Positions 38,955 to 49,472 of a stretch of DNA of 64,000 bases are shown here, piece by piece. Where the stretch lies: positions 32,001 to 96,000 of the IMG/VR virus record IMGVR_UViG_3300028533_000484; one strand, given 5' to 3'. The DNA comes from a virus (Duplodnaviria; Caudoviricetes). The notes under the pieces were generated by a model. That model saw only the letters and a list, made by a program, of their open reading frames with translations, had not been told where the DNA came from and ran no database searches. Made by a program: the position numbers and the translations under genes. Numbering within the stretch: the stretch's first letter is position 1; every line of letters begins with the position of its first letter.

Positions 38955-39545
38955 ATGAAACAGCTCTACATACGTAAAGGTAATTTAGAAGAAAATAGAA
39001 ACATTCTCATAATTGGGGAGGAAGCAGAGCTCGGTAGTAGAGATTCTGCTTATAAACCTAAAGGTACTTTGCATCAAAGAATGCCTAGAGATCCTTACAC
39101 TGGAGCTGAAAACCTTGCTTACATTCATGCTTGCAAAAACATTCTTTTGATCTCATCTCAATATAAAAACGATCATGCAGTACACGATTTTGTAAAACGT
39201 TTTTGTAAAGATCTAGTAGTTTGGGACGGTGAAAGTAATCAAGGTTTAACAAATTCAAGAGAAGCTTTCATCTGTAAAAGTAAAAATGTAGATAAGACTG
39301 TTAGAATCTTACGAAAAAGAATTCAAGCAGTTGTTAAACCAGAAAGCTTTAAACAGTTTTTACAGAAAATATACTACAGTCTTAAAGTAAAGAAAAAGAT
39401 AAAATCTAAACGAAAAGTACGTAACATAAAACTCTGGTTAGTGATAATTCTAATCACTGTTTTAAACTTTCATCCAGTCACAAAACCTTTTGTAAGAAAG
39501 GTAGAAACAATCATTTATAATACAATAGCAAAACTTTTTAATTAA
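38955..39545 (+). CDS. Hypothetical protein with C-terminal membrane anchor
   Basis: Basic stretch followed by LWLVIILITVL. Confidence 0.65.
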   Translation: MKQLYIRKGNLEENRNILIIGEEAELGSRDSAYKPKGTLHQRMPRDPYTGAENLAYIHACKNILLISSQYKNDHAVHDFVKRFCKDLVVWDGESNQGLTNSREAFICKSKNVDKTVRILRKRIQAVVKPESFKQFLQKIYYSLKVKKKIKSKRKVRNIKLWLVIILITVLNFHPVTKPFVRKVETIIYNTIAKLFN

Positions 39546-39613
39546 AAAGTCATTTTTTATCGAAACTCCTTAAAGGTGTCTACCTATAATATTGGTATAT
39601 ATAAGGAGATAAT

Positions 39614-41329
39614 ATGAAACTTAAGTCATTAAAATCTGTAGAATTAAAAGCTGTTGAAATTCCAAAACGAATTACTGTTCCGGATTTTGCAGATTCAAAT
39701 AAATTTTCAGACCGAGTATTCGGTGCTTTTTGTAGAATAAATCCAGATCTTCCTTGTATGCAGGATGAAACATTCCTTAAAAGAGTTTTTACAGTATTAA
39801 AAGCTGCTGGTGGAGATGATTATTTAGAAAAAGCTAAACAATGTAAACTCTCAGAACTTGTTAGTAAGGATCCTGAAATTAAGAAATGGCGTCAGTGGTA
39901 TGCAACCGAAAAGTTGCGATTAGCTGAATGGAGAAAAGCCAATAAAGAAGAAATTGCAAAACGTAAAGCAGAATTTAAAGATAAATACGGATATGCAATT
40001 GTAGATGGTGTAGAAGAACCACTACAAAGTTATGCAGTCGAGCCAGAAGGTTTCTTCTTCGGTCGAGGAGATTCACCAATCAGTGGTTACTGGAAATTCG
40101 AAAACACTGCAGCAGACCTTAGAATTAATTCAAATAGTAAAAATCTTCCAGTAGTCATCTATACAGGTGAAGATGAAGAAAAATTAATTACAGATAATTT
40201 CCCTTGGAAAGTAACTTGGGATCCAGATTCACATTTTGCTGCACAATATGATATTAAAATAGGTATTCCAAATTCTGATGGAACAATTAAAACAATTAAA
40301 GCCGAAAAGTATAAAATGATTCAATTCGGGGCTACATCTTCAGTGAAAAAGGAAGGTCAGTCGAAGAAGTATGCTGCAGCTTCTGAGCTTGGAAAATCTT
40401 ATGAAAAAATTATTGAAAATGTGAAAAAGGAATTTCAAAAAGCAAGAAGCAGTAACAAAATTGCAGATTTAAGTACAGCGATTGCAGTATTTATGCTTTT
40501 TGAAAAAGGTATTCGTATTGGATCTGCTAAACCAACTGTCAACGGTACAAAAGGTCTTCTTTCTCTAGAATGGGGAAAAGATGTTAAGAGAGATGGTAAT
40601 AAAATAAAATTTAATTTTTATGGAAAAGATTCTGTAAAAGATACAAGTTCGATCGAAACTGAATATGCTGATGTAATTGAAAAAGGTTGGAGTAAATATA
40701 CAAAACTTTTTACAGATAAAGCTTCTATTAAAGAGTATATTGGAAAACTTGCACCTTCTGTAAGCGATGTATTTTCACCTAAACTTTGTCGTACGGCAGT
40801 TGCTGCTTCAGTAATGTTAAAAGCTCTTGACGAAGTTGTTGATAAGTACAAACTTACAAAAGAATCGCCAGAAGCTCTTAAAAAACTTGCATTTGATGAA
40901 GCAAATATGGCTGTTGCAAGACGCTTAAATCATCAACGCGGTGTAAACAAAGTTGCAGAAGCAAAACGTAATGAAGCAAATAAACTTAAAGAAGAAGCAA
41001 TTAAAGCAAGAGTTATTAAAGTAAAAGAAATGAATGCAAAGAAACAGGAAAGAATTAAGGCTCTTAAAGCAGCTAAAAAAGATGGTTGGAAAGAAAAGGT
41101 TGCAAAAATTCAAGAACAAATGCTAAAAGCAGATGAAAGACTTGCACAAAGTAAACGTAATTTGAAGTTCAAAGAAGAAAACGGAAACATTACAGCTTCT
41201 ACTTCGAAGGCTGCTTATATTGATCCTTCGATTGTTGCAGATTTCTGTACAAGAGTAGATTTGAAGCTTGAAAAAGTTTATACAAAGAGCCAGATAGAAC
41301 AGTTCAGTCAGTTCTTTGGTGAAGATTAA
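39614..41329 (+). CDS. DNA topoisomerase IB, long (eukaryote-like) type
   Basis: VEPEGFFFGRG; catalytic pentad candidates GIRIG (R), FYGKDSV (K), KLCRT (R), LNHQR (H), TSKAAYIDP (Y); coiled-coil linker between H and Y. Confidence 0.9.
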   Translation: MKLKSLKSVELKAVEIPKRITVPDFADSNKFSDRVFGAFCRINPDLPCMQDETFLKRVFTVLKAAGGDDYLEKAKQCKLSELVSKDPEIKKWRQWYATEKLRLAEWRKANKEEIAKRKAEFKDKYGYAIVDGVEEPLQSYAVEPEGFFFGRGDSPISGYWKFENTAADLRINSNSKNLPVVIYTGEDEEKLITDNFPWKVTWDPDSHFAAQYDIKIGIPNSDGTIKTIKAEKYKMIQFGATSSVKKEGQSKKYAAASELGKSYEKIIENVKKEFQKARSSNKIADLSTAIAVFMLFEKGIRIGSAKPTVNGTKGLLSLEWGKDVKRDGNKIKFNFYGKDSVKDTSSIETEYADVIEKGWSKYTKLFTDKASIKEYIGKLAPSVSDVFSPKLCRTAVAASVMLKALDEVVDKYKLTKESPEALKKLAFDEANMAVARRLNHQRGVNKVAEAKRNEANKLKEEAIKARVIKVKEMNAKKQERIKALKAAKKDGWKEKVAKIQEQMLKADERLAQSKRNLKFKEENGNITASTSKAAYIDPSIVADFCTRVDLKLEKVYTKSQIEQFSQFFGED

Positions 41330-41371
41330 TTAGGAATCTAACAGTTCGTGTAAAAGCATTATCGTAGGAGG

Positions 41372-42658
41372 TTGAAAGATATGCGACAACGATTAATAAC
41401 ATTTAACAAATCTGAATTAGGAACATGGGATGAATTACTCAGTTGCAATTGGTTAGTAACTACAACTTCTGAAGGAGACGAACATTTACTGATAGGTGAT
41501 ATAGCTGTAACAGATGCTATAAAAGATATTCAATTTGAAGTTTCTTATCGAGATACACATCGTGAGCCCAAAGATCTTATTCTAGATATCCATCAAACAG
41601 ATACTATCGCAAATTGGAAAAAATTTGAAAAGCATTTTGAGAATTGTCTTAAAAAAGTTCTCAAAGCCTCTGATGCAGAGAACAAACTTTTTGCTTTAAA
41701 GTCCTTTTTATGGAATAAAATGGCTAATGAGCTAATTAAAACTATCAAAGCCGAAAAGGAACCTTCATTACCGACTTCAATGGTCTGGTATCACACATTT
41801 AAAGAACCTTTTACAACTTACGATGGTGTAGTTTGGGGAAATGTAGACCTTCTAGTTGATTTTTCAGAAAGCACGCTTACTAGTGCTGCAACAAGATGGT
41901 TTACAACTCGTACAAATTACGGCCAAGCTGATAAAGATGATCTTGGAAACTATCTATTATACTACATTTACGGTACCTTAACTTACAAATACTCTATTCC
42001 AACAAATCCAGATTTAATTAATTATAAAGTTGAAGAAATGAGCACAGGCAGCTTTTTAAGTGAACTTGAAAAACATTTTAGCATACCTTCTAGAACTGAA
42101 ATCAAAGCAAGTTTGAAAGCTTTTTTAATTGACAAGTTTTGGATTGCGGATTATAGATTACCTCCAACAGCAGCTAGGATTTTACAAGAGTTGGAAGCTA
42201 CAAAAAAGCAGAAGGAACAGATAGCAAATGAATTTGAAATGCTGTTTAAATTGAGTTCTTTTCCAATTGATAACTACGTTGAAGAGTCAAAGCTTCAAAC
42301 TGCATTAAATTCATTAAAAAGACAACTTCGTAATTTTAATGTGCGAACAATTACCGATTATTCATCTGTAGGCTTTTCTACAATTTATGAAGTTACTTGC
42401 GACTTTTTAGATTATCGTTTTACAATAACTCTTAATACGAAAAATAAATATGTCGTAGATTCTTTTGAAATTAAAGTTGAATCCGAAGGAAGAGTAATCT
42501 TCAATACTGTATTTACTTGCTGCGAAGGTAATGTTGGGGAGTTTGCAGTAATAATGTCTCAATACCTAGGAGATGTTTATTTGGCAAAAGCTTTTAAGAG
42601 ACACATCGAGTATAAAATCGAAAGAAGTACTGGATGCGAAATTACTTGGAGGTCTTAA
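41372..42658 (+). CDS. Hypothetical protein
   Basis: 428-aa ORF; AGGAGG RBS favours ATG at 41381. Confidence 0.7.
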   Translation: MKDMRQRLITFNKSELGTWDELLSCNWLVTTTSEGDEHLLIGDIAVTDAIKDIQFEVSYRDTHREPKDLILDIHQTDTIANWKKFEKHFENCLKKVLKASDAENKLFALKSFLWNKMANELIKTIKAEKEPSLPTSMVWYHTFKEPFTTYDGVVWGNVDLLVDFSESTLTSAATRWFTTRTNYGQADKDDLGNYLLYYIYGTLTYKYSIPTNPDLINYKVEEMSTGSFLSELEKHFSIPSRTEIKASLKAFLIDKFWIADYRLPPTAARILQELEATKKQKEQIANEFEMLFKLSSFPIDNYVEESKLQTALNSLKRQLRNFNVRTITDYSSVGFSTIYEVTCDFLDYRFTITLNTKNKYVVDSFEIKVESEGRVIFNTVFTCCEGNVGEFAVIMSQYLGDVYLAKAFKRHIEYKIERSTGCEITWRS

Positions 42659-42795
42659 TTTATTATCATAACCAAACTTCGCTCGTTTACTTGTGCTGGA
42701 AAGTGGTAATTGTTACTAGTAATTACTGCCTTCGTTTTATGATTTAAAAAATAGGATTTCTGGAAATATTAAAATAGAAAGTACCTATATTATGT

Positions 42796-43374
42796 ATGAT
42801 GAAGGAACTTATGAACAGAAACGAAATGCGAGGAGAAGTAAATCGCTTGAATTATATATTGAACGAAAAGAAAAAATCCACAGATGAAACAAATTTTGTA
42901 AAAGATTTTCTAAAATTGGAGATAAAAATAAGAGGGGCATTGGCAAGCCTAAAAATCATTCCAAGAAATGAAGCAATCAACAAAGCTTTTAACACTGAAC
43001 ATAAGGTTTTAACAGAACAGTCTAGAGCAACTTGGGAAAATTATCTACAAAATATTCCTGCACATGAACATCAATTGCAAAAAATACGTACAGCTGAGGA
43101 TGATTTTGATGCAGATTACTTGCACAACAATCTAAACAAATTACTTACAAACGCTAGTGATATTAGGGAATTGTACGATGATACTATTAACTATGTAAAA
43201 AAGAAAGCTACAGAACCTGAGTTTAGCAATATTTACAATTTAACAAAGAATTTGGTAAATCATTTGCTAGCAACCGTAAAGGATATTGTTGAATTAGATG
43301 AAAGGTTTATGGAAACTATGAATAGAAACAATATTGACTATATGGAAAAATATAAATTGTACGATGTAGATTAA
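42796..43374 (+). CDS. Hypothetical helical protein
   Basis: CCTATATT motif upstream. Confidence 0.7.
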   Translation: MMKELMNRNEMRGEVNRLNYILNEKKKSTDETNFVKDFLKLEIKIRGALASLKIIPRNEAINKAFNTEHKVLTEQSRATWENYLQNIPAHEHQLQKIRTAEDDFDADYLHNNLNKLLTNASDIRELYDDTINYVKKKATEPEFSNIYNLTKNLVNHLLATVKDIVELDERFMETMNRNNIDYMEKYKLYDVD

Positions 43375-43401
43375 AGTATGTAAGAAAGGATAATTTCGTT
43401 T

Positions 43402-44070
43402 ATGATTAAATATGATGCCGGAATTTTTGAAGCAATTTTAAACTTGCTTGTATCTTTACAGGCATTTACAGCAGTTAAAATTGAAAAGACTTATCAGGAT
43501 GGAGAGCACGACTACTGGGACTACAAAATAGAAGCTACAAGTGTCGAAGACAACATTGTAGATTTTCCTGTTAGATTTTCAAATTCATCAAATCAAAAAG
43601 AGTACAGTATCTTTGAACTGGAAAGGATTTACAAAAAAGGTAGCCAAAACCCAGATATAGTTGATGCTGCTACAATAGTTTTAGCATCAAAGAGTTTTAA
43701 ATGGCTTCCGTACAAGGATATTGATGAGCAACGTATAAAAAATGCTTGTACAGTAGAAAATTCCTACAAAAACAATGCAATGTATAAAGCTTTTGTTGAT
43801 ATGTACTCTTACAATTATTCTACAGATGCTCTAAAAGTTATCTACGATCGTGCTGTTGAAGAGTATGAGAGTCACGATGCTTTTGAAGTAATCAATATCG
43901 GAATAGGTGATGTGGATGATGATTGGTACGATAACGAAGGTTTAAACTTTGTTTGGGGAATGCTTGTACTGATGTTTGGTGAATATGACTCTTCTCCAAG
44001 AACTGGTTGGTTAATTGTTAGTAAAGAATTGATTGACTTTTTGGAAACTATGCTTAAAGATTTAGATTAG
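43402..44070 (+). CDS. Hypothetical protein
   Basis: 222 aa; C-terminal FGEYDSSPRTGW motif. Confidence 0.7.
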   Translation: MIKYDAGIFEAILNLLVSLQAFTAVKIEKTYQDGEHDYWDYKIEATSVEDNIVDFPVRFSNSSNQKEYSIFELERIYKKGSQNPDIVDAATIVLASKSFKWLPYKDIDEQRIKNACTVENSYKNNAMYKAFVDMYSYNYSTDALKVIYDRAVEEYESHDAFEVINIGIGDVDDDWYDNEGLNFVWGMLVLMFGEYDSSPRTGWLIVSKELIDFLETMLKDLD

Positions 44071-44125
44071 TTGTAGAAAAAATACGATGCTCCAGATTTA
44101 AGAAGCATCGCTTTTTTCTAAAGTG

Positions 44126-47100
44126 TTAATCCTCCGTAATATCGATTCCTTTAATACTTAGACCAGAATTCTTTTCAAGACCAATTCTTATGTAAATTGT
44201 TTTTACTGGAATTGGTTTTCTACCAAATGTAATTCTTCTTACAGATTCATCACTCTTTCCTGGATAGTTGCAAGCCTCAGCTTGTTGTATACTTGCTTCA
44301 AAGAATACTGGTACAGGAGCATTTCCATCTAAAAGAACTGTACTCGGTAACTCTGCAGAATTAACACAAACTTGCACCAAGACATCCTTTAATGTACCAT
44401 CTTGCATTTTAATCTCAGGCTTTCTATCAACCCAGTCCAAATATAAATTAAATCCACACAAATCATAAATTTTATCAAATTCGTACTTAAATGTTACAAA
44501 TCTGTAAGTGCCATTGTCGTAATCTAATCCTGACATATCTGCAGGTACAGAAATGTAGTTATCGAAAGTGTCAATCGTGTTTGTGTACTCGACCTCTTTT
44601 GGCCAACTGTAACCTTTTCCATCAAATACAATTTCAGGGAATCCGCAAACTCTGTTATACTTTTTAACTGTATAGTCAGCTCCGAATTGTGTATCTATAT
44701 TTGTACCCAATGTTGGAAATAAAACGTTTCCTGCACTTTCAACAATTGTTGGAAGATTTTCAGGTTTCATTAAAAGTAAATCTTTAAGTACCAATACATT
44801 TGTCCACAACGATTCGGTGCCAAAGTTCTGTGCAAATGCTTTAACTGTTAAAGTGTCTTTCATATAACCTACGTCAGGAAGATTTAATGTAAAGCTGACA
44901 GTCAAATCATAAGTTTCTTCAAAACTATCCGACAATGTAAAGTATTGAGAAGTTATTTCGATAGCTAATGGAATATCTCCGAATGCAGCTTGTAATTCAA
45001 CTTTAGCGTCAGGACTTATTGTACCATACTTTGTAAAATCTGTAATTACGAATGTTCCCGATACAGCTGTATTACCTGGAACAAAACCATAACCACCAGT
45101 TCTGTGCTCTGAGAGAAGTGTATTTAAGACTCTCAAGTTTACTGTTTCTCTATCACATTGATTAATGCTATGGTCTTTAAAATCGTAGAATTTTCTTTCT
45201 GAAATTATTGCTGATCCAGTTTCACCTTCAAGAGCTGATATAGGATCTGTAACAAAAGGAGACTTAACAAGCTCGTATTGTGTATACTTAATTTCATGAT
45301 CGATTTTGTAAGCACCTTCTCCTAAAACAATATAGCCAGTAACTTCAGCAGCATCCATTGCTGTTGGTGTTCTGAAGCCCATTCTATATTTTTCATAAGG
45401 ATCAAATCTTTCAACATTGCAACGATCTGTAATTTCAATACCTTTGTCCAGTACTCGAATGCTTGATGATTCACCACAATAGAATGTATGTTCAAGAGGT
45501 AAGTAGTCGTGCTTTCCTTGTTGTTTAAAGTAAACTTTACCGCCAATTGTTGCATCCCAAGCTAAAGATGGTTTCAGTTTTGTCAATTGATTCAACTGTA
45601 AACCGTTGCTTACTTCTAGATATTCTGTCTTTTTAGCTGTAGACTTCTCTTCATCTACGACTATTGAGATTTCTTGAATTGAAGCAGATCTATCTGGAGA
45701 GAGTTTAAACAACTCTTCATTGATTAATCTTACTGCTTCTGCTAAGGAAGCGTATGAAAGTCTCAATAGACCTGTACCACTATCAAGAATACTCCAAGCT
45801 GGATTTTCAGCACCTGTTTTTGTTGCAAGTCCTGGTAATCTACTGTAAACTGGGTCTTGATAAGCTCTATCTACTTTTTCCCATTTTATTTCTGATTCTA
45901 CAGAATATGTACTCCACTCTATATTTCCATCAGGTGTTTTATAACTCCAAATCTCATCCCATTTATCAAGTGGTTGTTCTCTAGAGCAAACTTCATCTTC
46001 ATACCAACCGCCAATCATTGTTGGTCTTAAAGCAAATTTTCCATCTATAGCATCGAAAGTTTCGTTTGACCAAGTTTTTGTAGCATCATCGGCAGCCTCA
46101 AGAATAAGTCTTCCAACTGTTCTTGTATTTCCGTTCTGATAATCTTCTTTTGTAAGGAATTGAGTTTCTAAATTAGAGTAGTCTGTATTATCTCCTCTAA
46201 CTGCTGTACCTAGAACATTGAATGTGCAATCACCAATTTTAATTTGTGTAATAGTTTTATATGCATCTATTTTTGGATTTACACTAGCATAAATACCTTC
46301 AATGTATTCTACTGGATAAGATTCTACAAAATGGAAGTCTCCTTCTGATTTATACAAATCAACTTTGTCAGCAAAGAACATTAAAGAGCTTAAATTATTA
46401 AACCTTTTCGTAACATCTGCATATTGTTGACAAGAAGACCAAACTGCTGTATGTGCTTTGTGCGAATGTCCAAATCTATCATCTGTACAGTCTATTTCAT
46501 TGTTTCCTGAAGAATACTGTAAAAGTGTATTTTTATCTTTACTAACAGCTTCACAGTTAAGTAATGCTCTAGCTTGTAAAGTTTCAGTTGTAAGCTCTTT
46601 CTTTTTACCAACACAAACAAACCAGTCACCAGCTGTATATACTTCACCATCGACAGCTGTTTGTGGATAACAAGGATCATCCTCTTTATGAGAAGCTTTA
46701 ACAATGAAGAACCAACCTCTCTGTAATTCTGAGTAAATTTCATCACTCATTGCAGAAAAATCTACATCTTCAAAAGTTGGATATCTTCCTTCATTATCCT
46801 CAAAAGACCATACACCAACGAGACTCAAACCACCATAAGCAACTGAATCTGGTAATTGTTCAATTCTAACTTTACCGTTTTTCAAGTCTGCTTTAGACCA
46901 ATATAAGTCAATCAAAGCTTCTTCTAAGTTTGTTGGTTTAGTTGTAGTTAATTTTGTATCTGCATGCTCATTGTAAATTGCTTCTAATTGAGTTTCATAA
47001 GCTTCTGGTCGAGTTAATGAAATTTCAGAGCTTGATAAGAATCTTGCTTGCAATTCACCATTGTCATTGATAAAAATTGTATGATATACAGTATCTAATT

Positions 47101-49138
47101 TTAGACTAATTTCATTAGTTTTTTCATCATATAAGAATGGCTCTGGTAATTTTGCATAAACTCTTTTTTCAAAACTTAGATAGAAAGGAATTGTTAATTC
47201 ATTAGGATAATTTCTTCTAGCAACTCTATCTGAGTATCGAACAACTTGAGAAGAATCTATTTTAATTTCCTCAGGAATGTACTCAACAAAATCGATGTTT
47301 GTCGTATTTACAATAGATTTTGCATCAGCTGTTTCGGCATCAAATGTTTCAATTCTACTTGAGTTAATGTAAAACAAACTGTCTGTATTTTTGAAAGTCT
47401 TTACATACGATCCGTACAACTCTACTTTTGTACCAGAACTTTGCAAAGTATCTATGATCGATGAATTAAAGAAACTAGCTTCACCTGTAACATTTGCTTT
47501 CTCAAGTCTTGAATCAAAAATCTGTGCTGTACCAGAAATGTTCAAAACGTGTAAGTTACAATCCTTAATTACAGCTGCATCTGTAATATTAATTGTAGTT
47601 GTTTCATCAAAATCACAATTCTTAAATATTGTTGTTTTGTTTACTTCAATTGTACAGTTCTTGAATGAGATGTTTTCAAAGAATGTTTTCTCATTTATAT
47701 TTAATGTAATACCTGAAAGAATAGTACTTTGCTTTGTTTCACCGGTGATTGTAAAAGCTTTTGTTAGCTCAATATTTTTTGAGTTTTTGTAAAGACCGTT
47801 CCTAATATAAAGGTGACTACCTTCTGAAGCATCAATTGCATCTTGTAAATAGAATCCTTCCTTGTTGTATACAATAAAATCTGCCGATCTGTTACTTACA
47901 GTTGTTTCATCTGCAGCAATAACAAAGTCTACGACTCTAGGACCATAATACTGAGGTGTAATGTGATCTGAATAAGAGTTTAGAGTCGATAGTTTTAAGT
48001 GCGGTGGAAATTTCATCAAGTCAATAAACACTGGCAACTTGATTGTAGCATTCAATGTGGCTCTTGGATAGAATAACTCATAATCCAATGTGTAATTATC
48101 TTTTACGAGTAAAACAGCTGTAATATTTTCTGAATCTGTTACTTTAATATGATATGTACCTGGTGCACCCTTTACAACAAAGAAACCATCGTCAGTATTT
48201 ATTTTTGAAATACTTTCCTTTTCTCCAGGTTCAATGGTAATTTGATGAATACCATTTGCAATACCTTCACTAACAAACTTAACTTCAAGATCTGCAGATT
48301 CACCAACTTTATGAGAAAGTAAACTTACAACTTGTGCATTGCTGTTGTCGTCATAACCTTTTACAGGATCATTTGTTGATGTATCTGTAATATTTGAAAG
48401 AATGTTGTATTGTAAACCAATACCTTGAGTTGTATCCGTACCATTGAATTTGTGCTTTGCAAAGAAACCATTTTCGATAGAGTCTAAAAAGTTAGCAGCA
48501 AGATCTGTAAAATCTTTTACAGGTTCTGAAGCATCAAATACGATATTTTCAATATCAAAAAGTGTAGCGTCTACATAATGTCTTTCACCAACAGGTCCAA
48601 CATATTGGTAAAAAGTTAATTTTGGAGGCTGATTTGCTGAAATACCCTCTGGTACTCCATTATTAAATGTCAATAAACTTGAGTTTGTATCAACTATCCA
48701 ATCGCAACTACCCCAAGCAATCTCTTCTCCATCTTGAGTTTTTAGAACAATGTTGTAAATTCCTGTATCACTGAAATCGTAAGGAATAATGTTTTTTATC
48801 TGATTTCCATCCTCATCTAGAATGGCAAATGCATGATTACAGTTAGAAGAAATCTTAGTAAGTAGTAAATTTGTATGCTTTTTAATTAAAGGTACTTTCT
48901 TGAAAGATGACTCTTGATACTCGATAAGATCGTTTGTTGCATCTAAAGATTTAACATCCTCAAAGAACATATCCTCTGCTTTTCTAGGTATTAAATTACC
49001 ATAAGTTAATACAGAGTTTGTAGAGATATTATCATAAGATCTATAAAGCTCTTCAAAAACTTCTCTCTCAGGATGAGTAGAACCCCAACCTTTAGATTTT
49101 TTCCATAATGAGTTGACTTTGTTTGTACTGGTTAACAT
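44126..49138 (-). CDS. Large virion structural protein (tail fibre/spike-like) with probable beta-helix segment
   Basis: 1670 aa; LQDAIDA..LYIRNGLY..ITGE followed by short I/F-x-N-C repeats; KADLKNGKV..QLP and GDW tail-fibre-like motifs; late-type motif. Confidence 0.7.
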   Translation of the reverse strand: MLTSTNKVNSLWKKSKGWGSTHPEREVFEELYRSYDNISTNSVLTYGNLIPRKAEDMFFEDVKSLDATNDLIEYQESSFKKVPLIKKHTNLLLTKISSNCNHAFAILDEDGNQIKNIIPYDFSDTGIYNIVLKTQDGEEIAWGSCDWIVDTNSSLLTFNNGVPEGISANQPPKLTFYQYVGPVGERHYVDATLFDIENIVFDASEPVKDFTDLAANFLDSIENGFFAKHKFNGTDTTQGIGLQYNILSNITDTSTNDPVKGYDDNSNAQVVSLLSHKVGESADLEVKFVSEGIANGIHQITIEPGEKESISKINTDDGFFVVKGAPGTYHIKVTDSENITAVLLVKDNYTLDYELFYPRATLNATIKLPVFIDLMKFPPHLKLSTLNSYSDHITPQYYGPRVVDFVIAADETTVSNRSADFIVYNKEGFYLQDAIDASEGSHLYIRNGLYKNSKNIELTKAFTITGETKQSTILSGITLNINEKTFFENISFKNCTIEVNKTTIFKNCDFDETTTINITDAAVIKDCNLHVLNISGTAQIFDSRLEKANVTGEASFFNSSIIDTLQSSGTKVELYGSYVKTFKNTDSLFYINSSRIETFDAETADAKSIVNTTNIDFVEYIPEEIKIDSSQVVRYSDRVARRNYPNELTIPFYLSFEKRVYAKLPEPFLYDEKTNEISLKLDTVYHTIFINDNGELQARFLSSSEISLTRPEAYETQLEAIYNEHADTKLTTTKPTNLEEALIDLYWSKADLKNGKVRIEQLPDSVAYGGLSLVGVWSFEDNEGRYPTFEDVDFSAMSDEIYSELQRGWFFIVKASHKEDDPCYPQTAVDGEVYTAGDWFVCVGKKKELTTETLQARALLNCEAVSKDKNTLLQYSSGNNEIDCTDDRFGHSHKAHTAVWSSCQQYADVTKRFNNLSSLMFFADKVDLYKSEGDFHFVESYPVEYIEGIYASVNPKIDAYKTITQIKIGDCTFNVLGTAVRGDNTDYSNLETQFLTKEDYQNGNTRTVGRLILEAADDATKTWSNETFDAIDGKFALRPTMIGGWYEDEVCSREQPLDKWDEIWSYKTPDGNIEWSTYSVESEIKWEKVDRAYQDPVYSRLPGLATKTGAENPAWSILDSGTGLLRLSYASLAEAVRLINEELFKLSPDRSASIQEISIVVDEEKSTAKKTEYLEVSNGLQLNQLTKLKPSLAWDATIGGKVYFKQQGKHDYLPLEHTFYCGESSSIRVLDKGIEITDRCNVERFDPYEKYRMGFRTPTAMDAAEVTGYIVLGEGAYKIDHEIKYTQYELVKSPFVTDPISALEGETGSAIISERKFYDFKDHSINQCDRETVNLRVLNTLLSEHRTGGYGFVPGNTAVSGTFVITDFTKYGTISPDAKVELQAAFGDIPLAIEITSQYFTLSDSFEETYDLTVSFTLNLPDVGYMKDTLTVKAFAQNFGTESLWTNVLVLKDLLLMKPENLPTIVESAGNVLFPTLGTNIDTQFGADYTVKKYNRVCGFPEIVFDGKGYSWPKEVEYTNTIDTFDNYISVPADMSGLDYDNGTYRFVTFKYEFDKIYDLCGFNLYLDWVDRKPEIKMQDGTLKDVLVQVCVNSAELPSTVLLDGNAPVPVFFEASIQQAEACNYPGKSDESVRRITFGRKPIPVKTIYIRIGLEKNSGLSIKGIDITED

Positions 49139-49199
49139 AACTAAAATTAGTTATGTAGACAAAAAAGAAGGCCTGGAATGTTCCAGGCCTAATTAATTT

Positions 49200-49472
49200 T
49201 TAACCTTGTTCTATTGACAGGAATGCATCTCTAATTTTTTGACGTATCCTAATTAAACTTTCTTCGCTACGATATGTGCCACAATCGTGATTTGCCCAAG
49301 CTTCTAGATAGTCAATATAATTGAAAACTTCTTTTCCAATTTTTACTACTTTTTCGTTACCGCGAACATACCAAAATGGTTTACTACAAAAGTCAGGAGC
49401 TCTTGTTGGTAAACTATTCTGTATTAATGTTTCAGATTGTTCTGAATTTTTCGAATCAAATGGACTCAACAT
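49200..49472 (-). CDS. Hypothetical protein
   Basis: TAATG coupling to the chaperonin gene; terminator at 49169-49190. Confidence 0.65.
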   Translation of the reverse strand: MLSPFDSKNSEQSETLIQNSLPTRAPDFCSKPFWYVRGNEKVVKIGKEVFNYIDYLEAWANHDCGTYRSEESLIRIRQKIRDAFLSIEQG

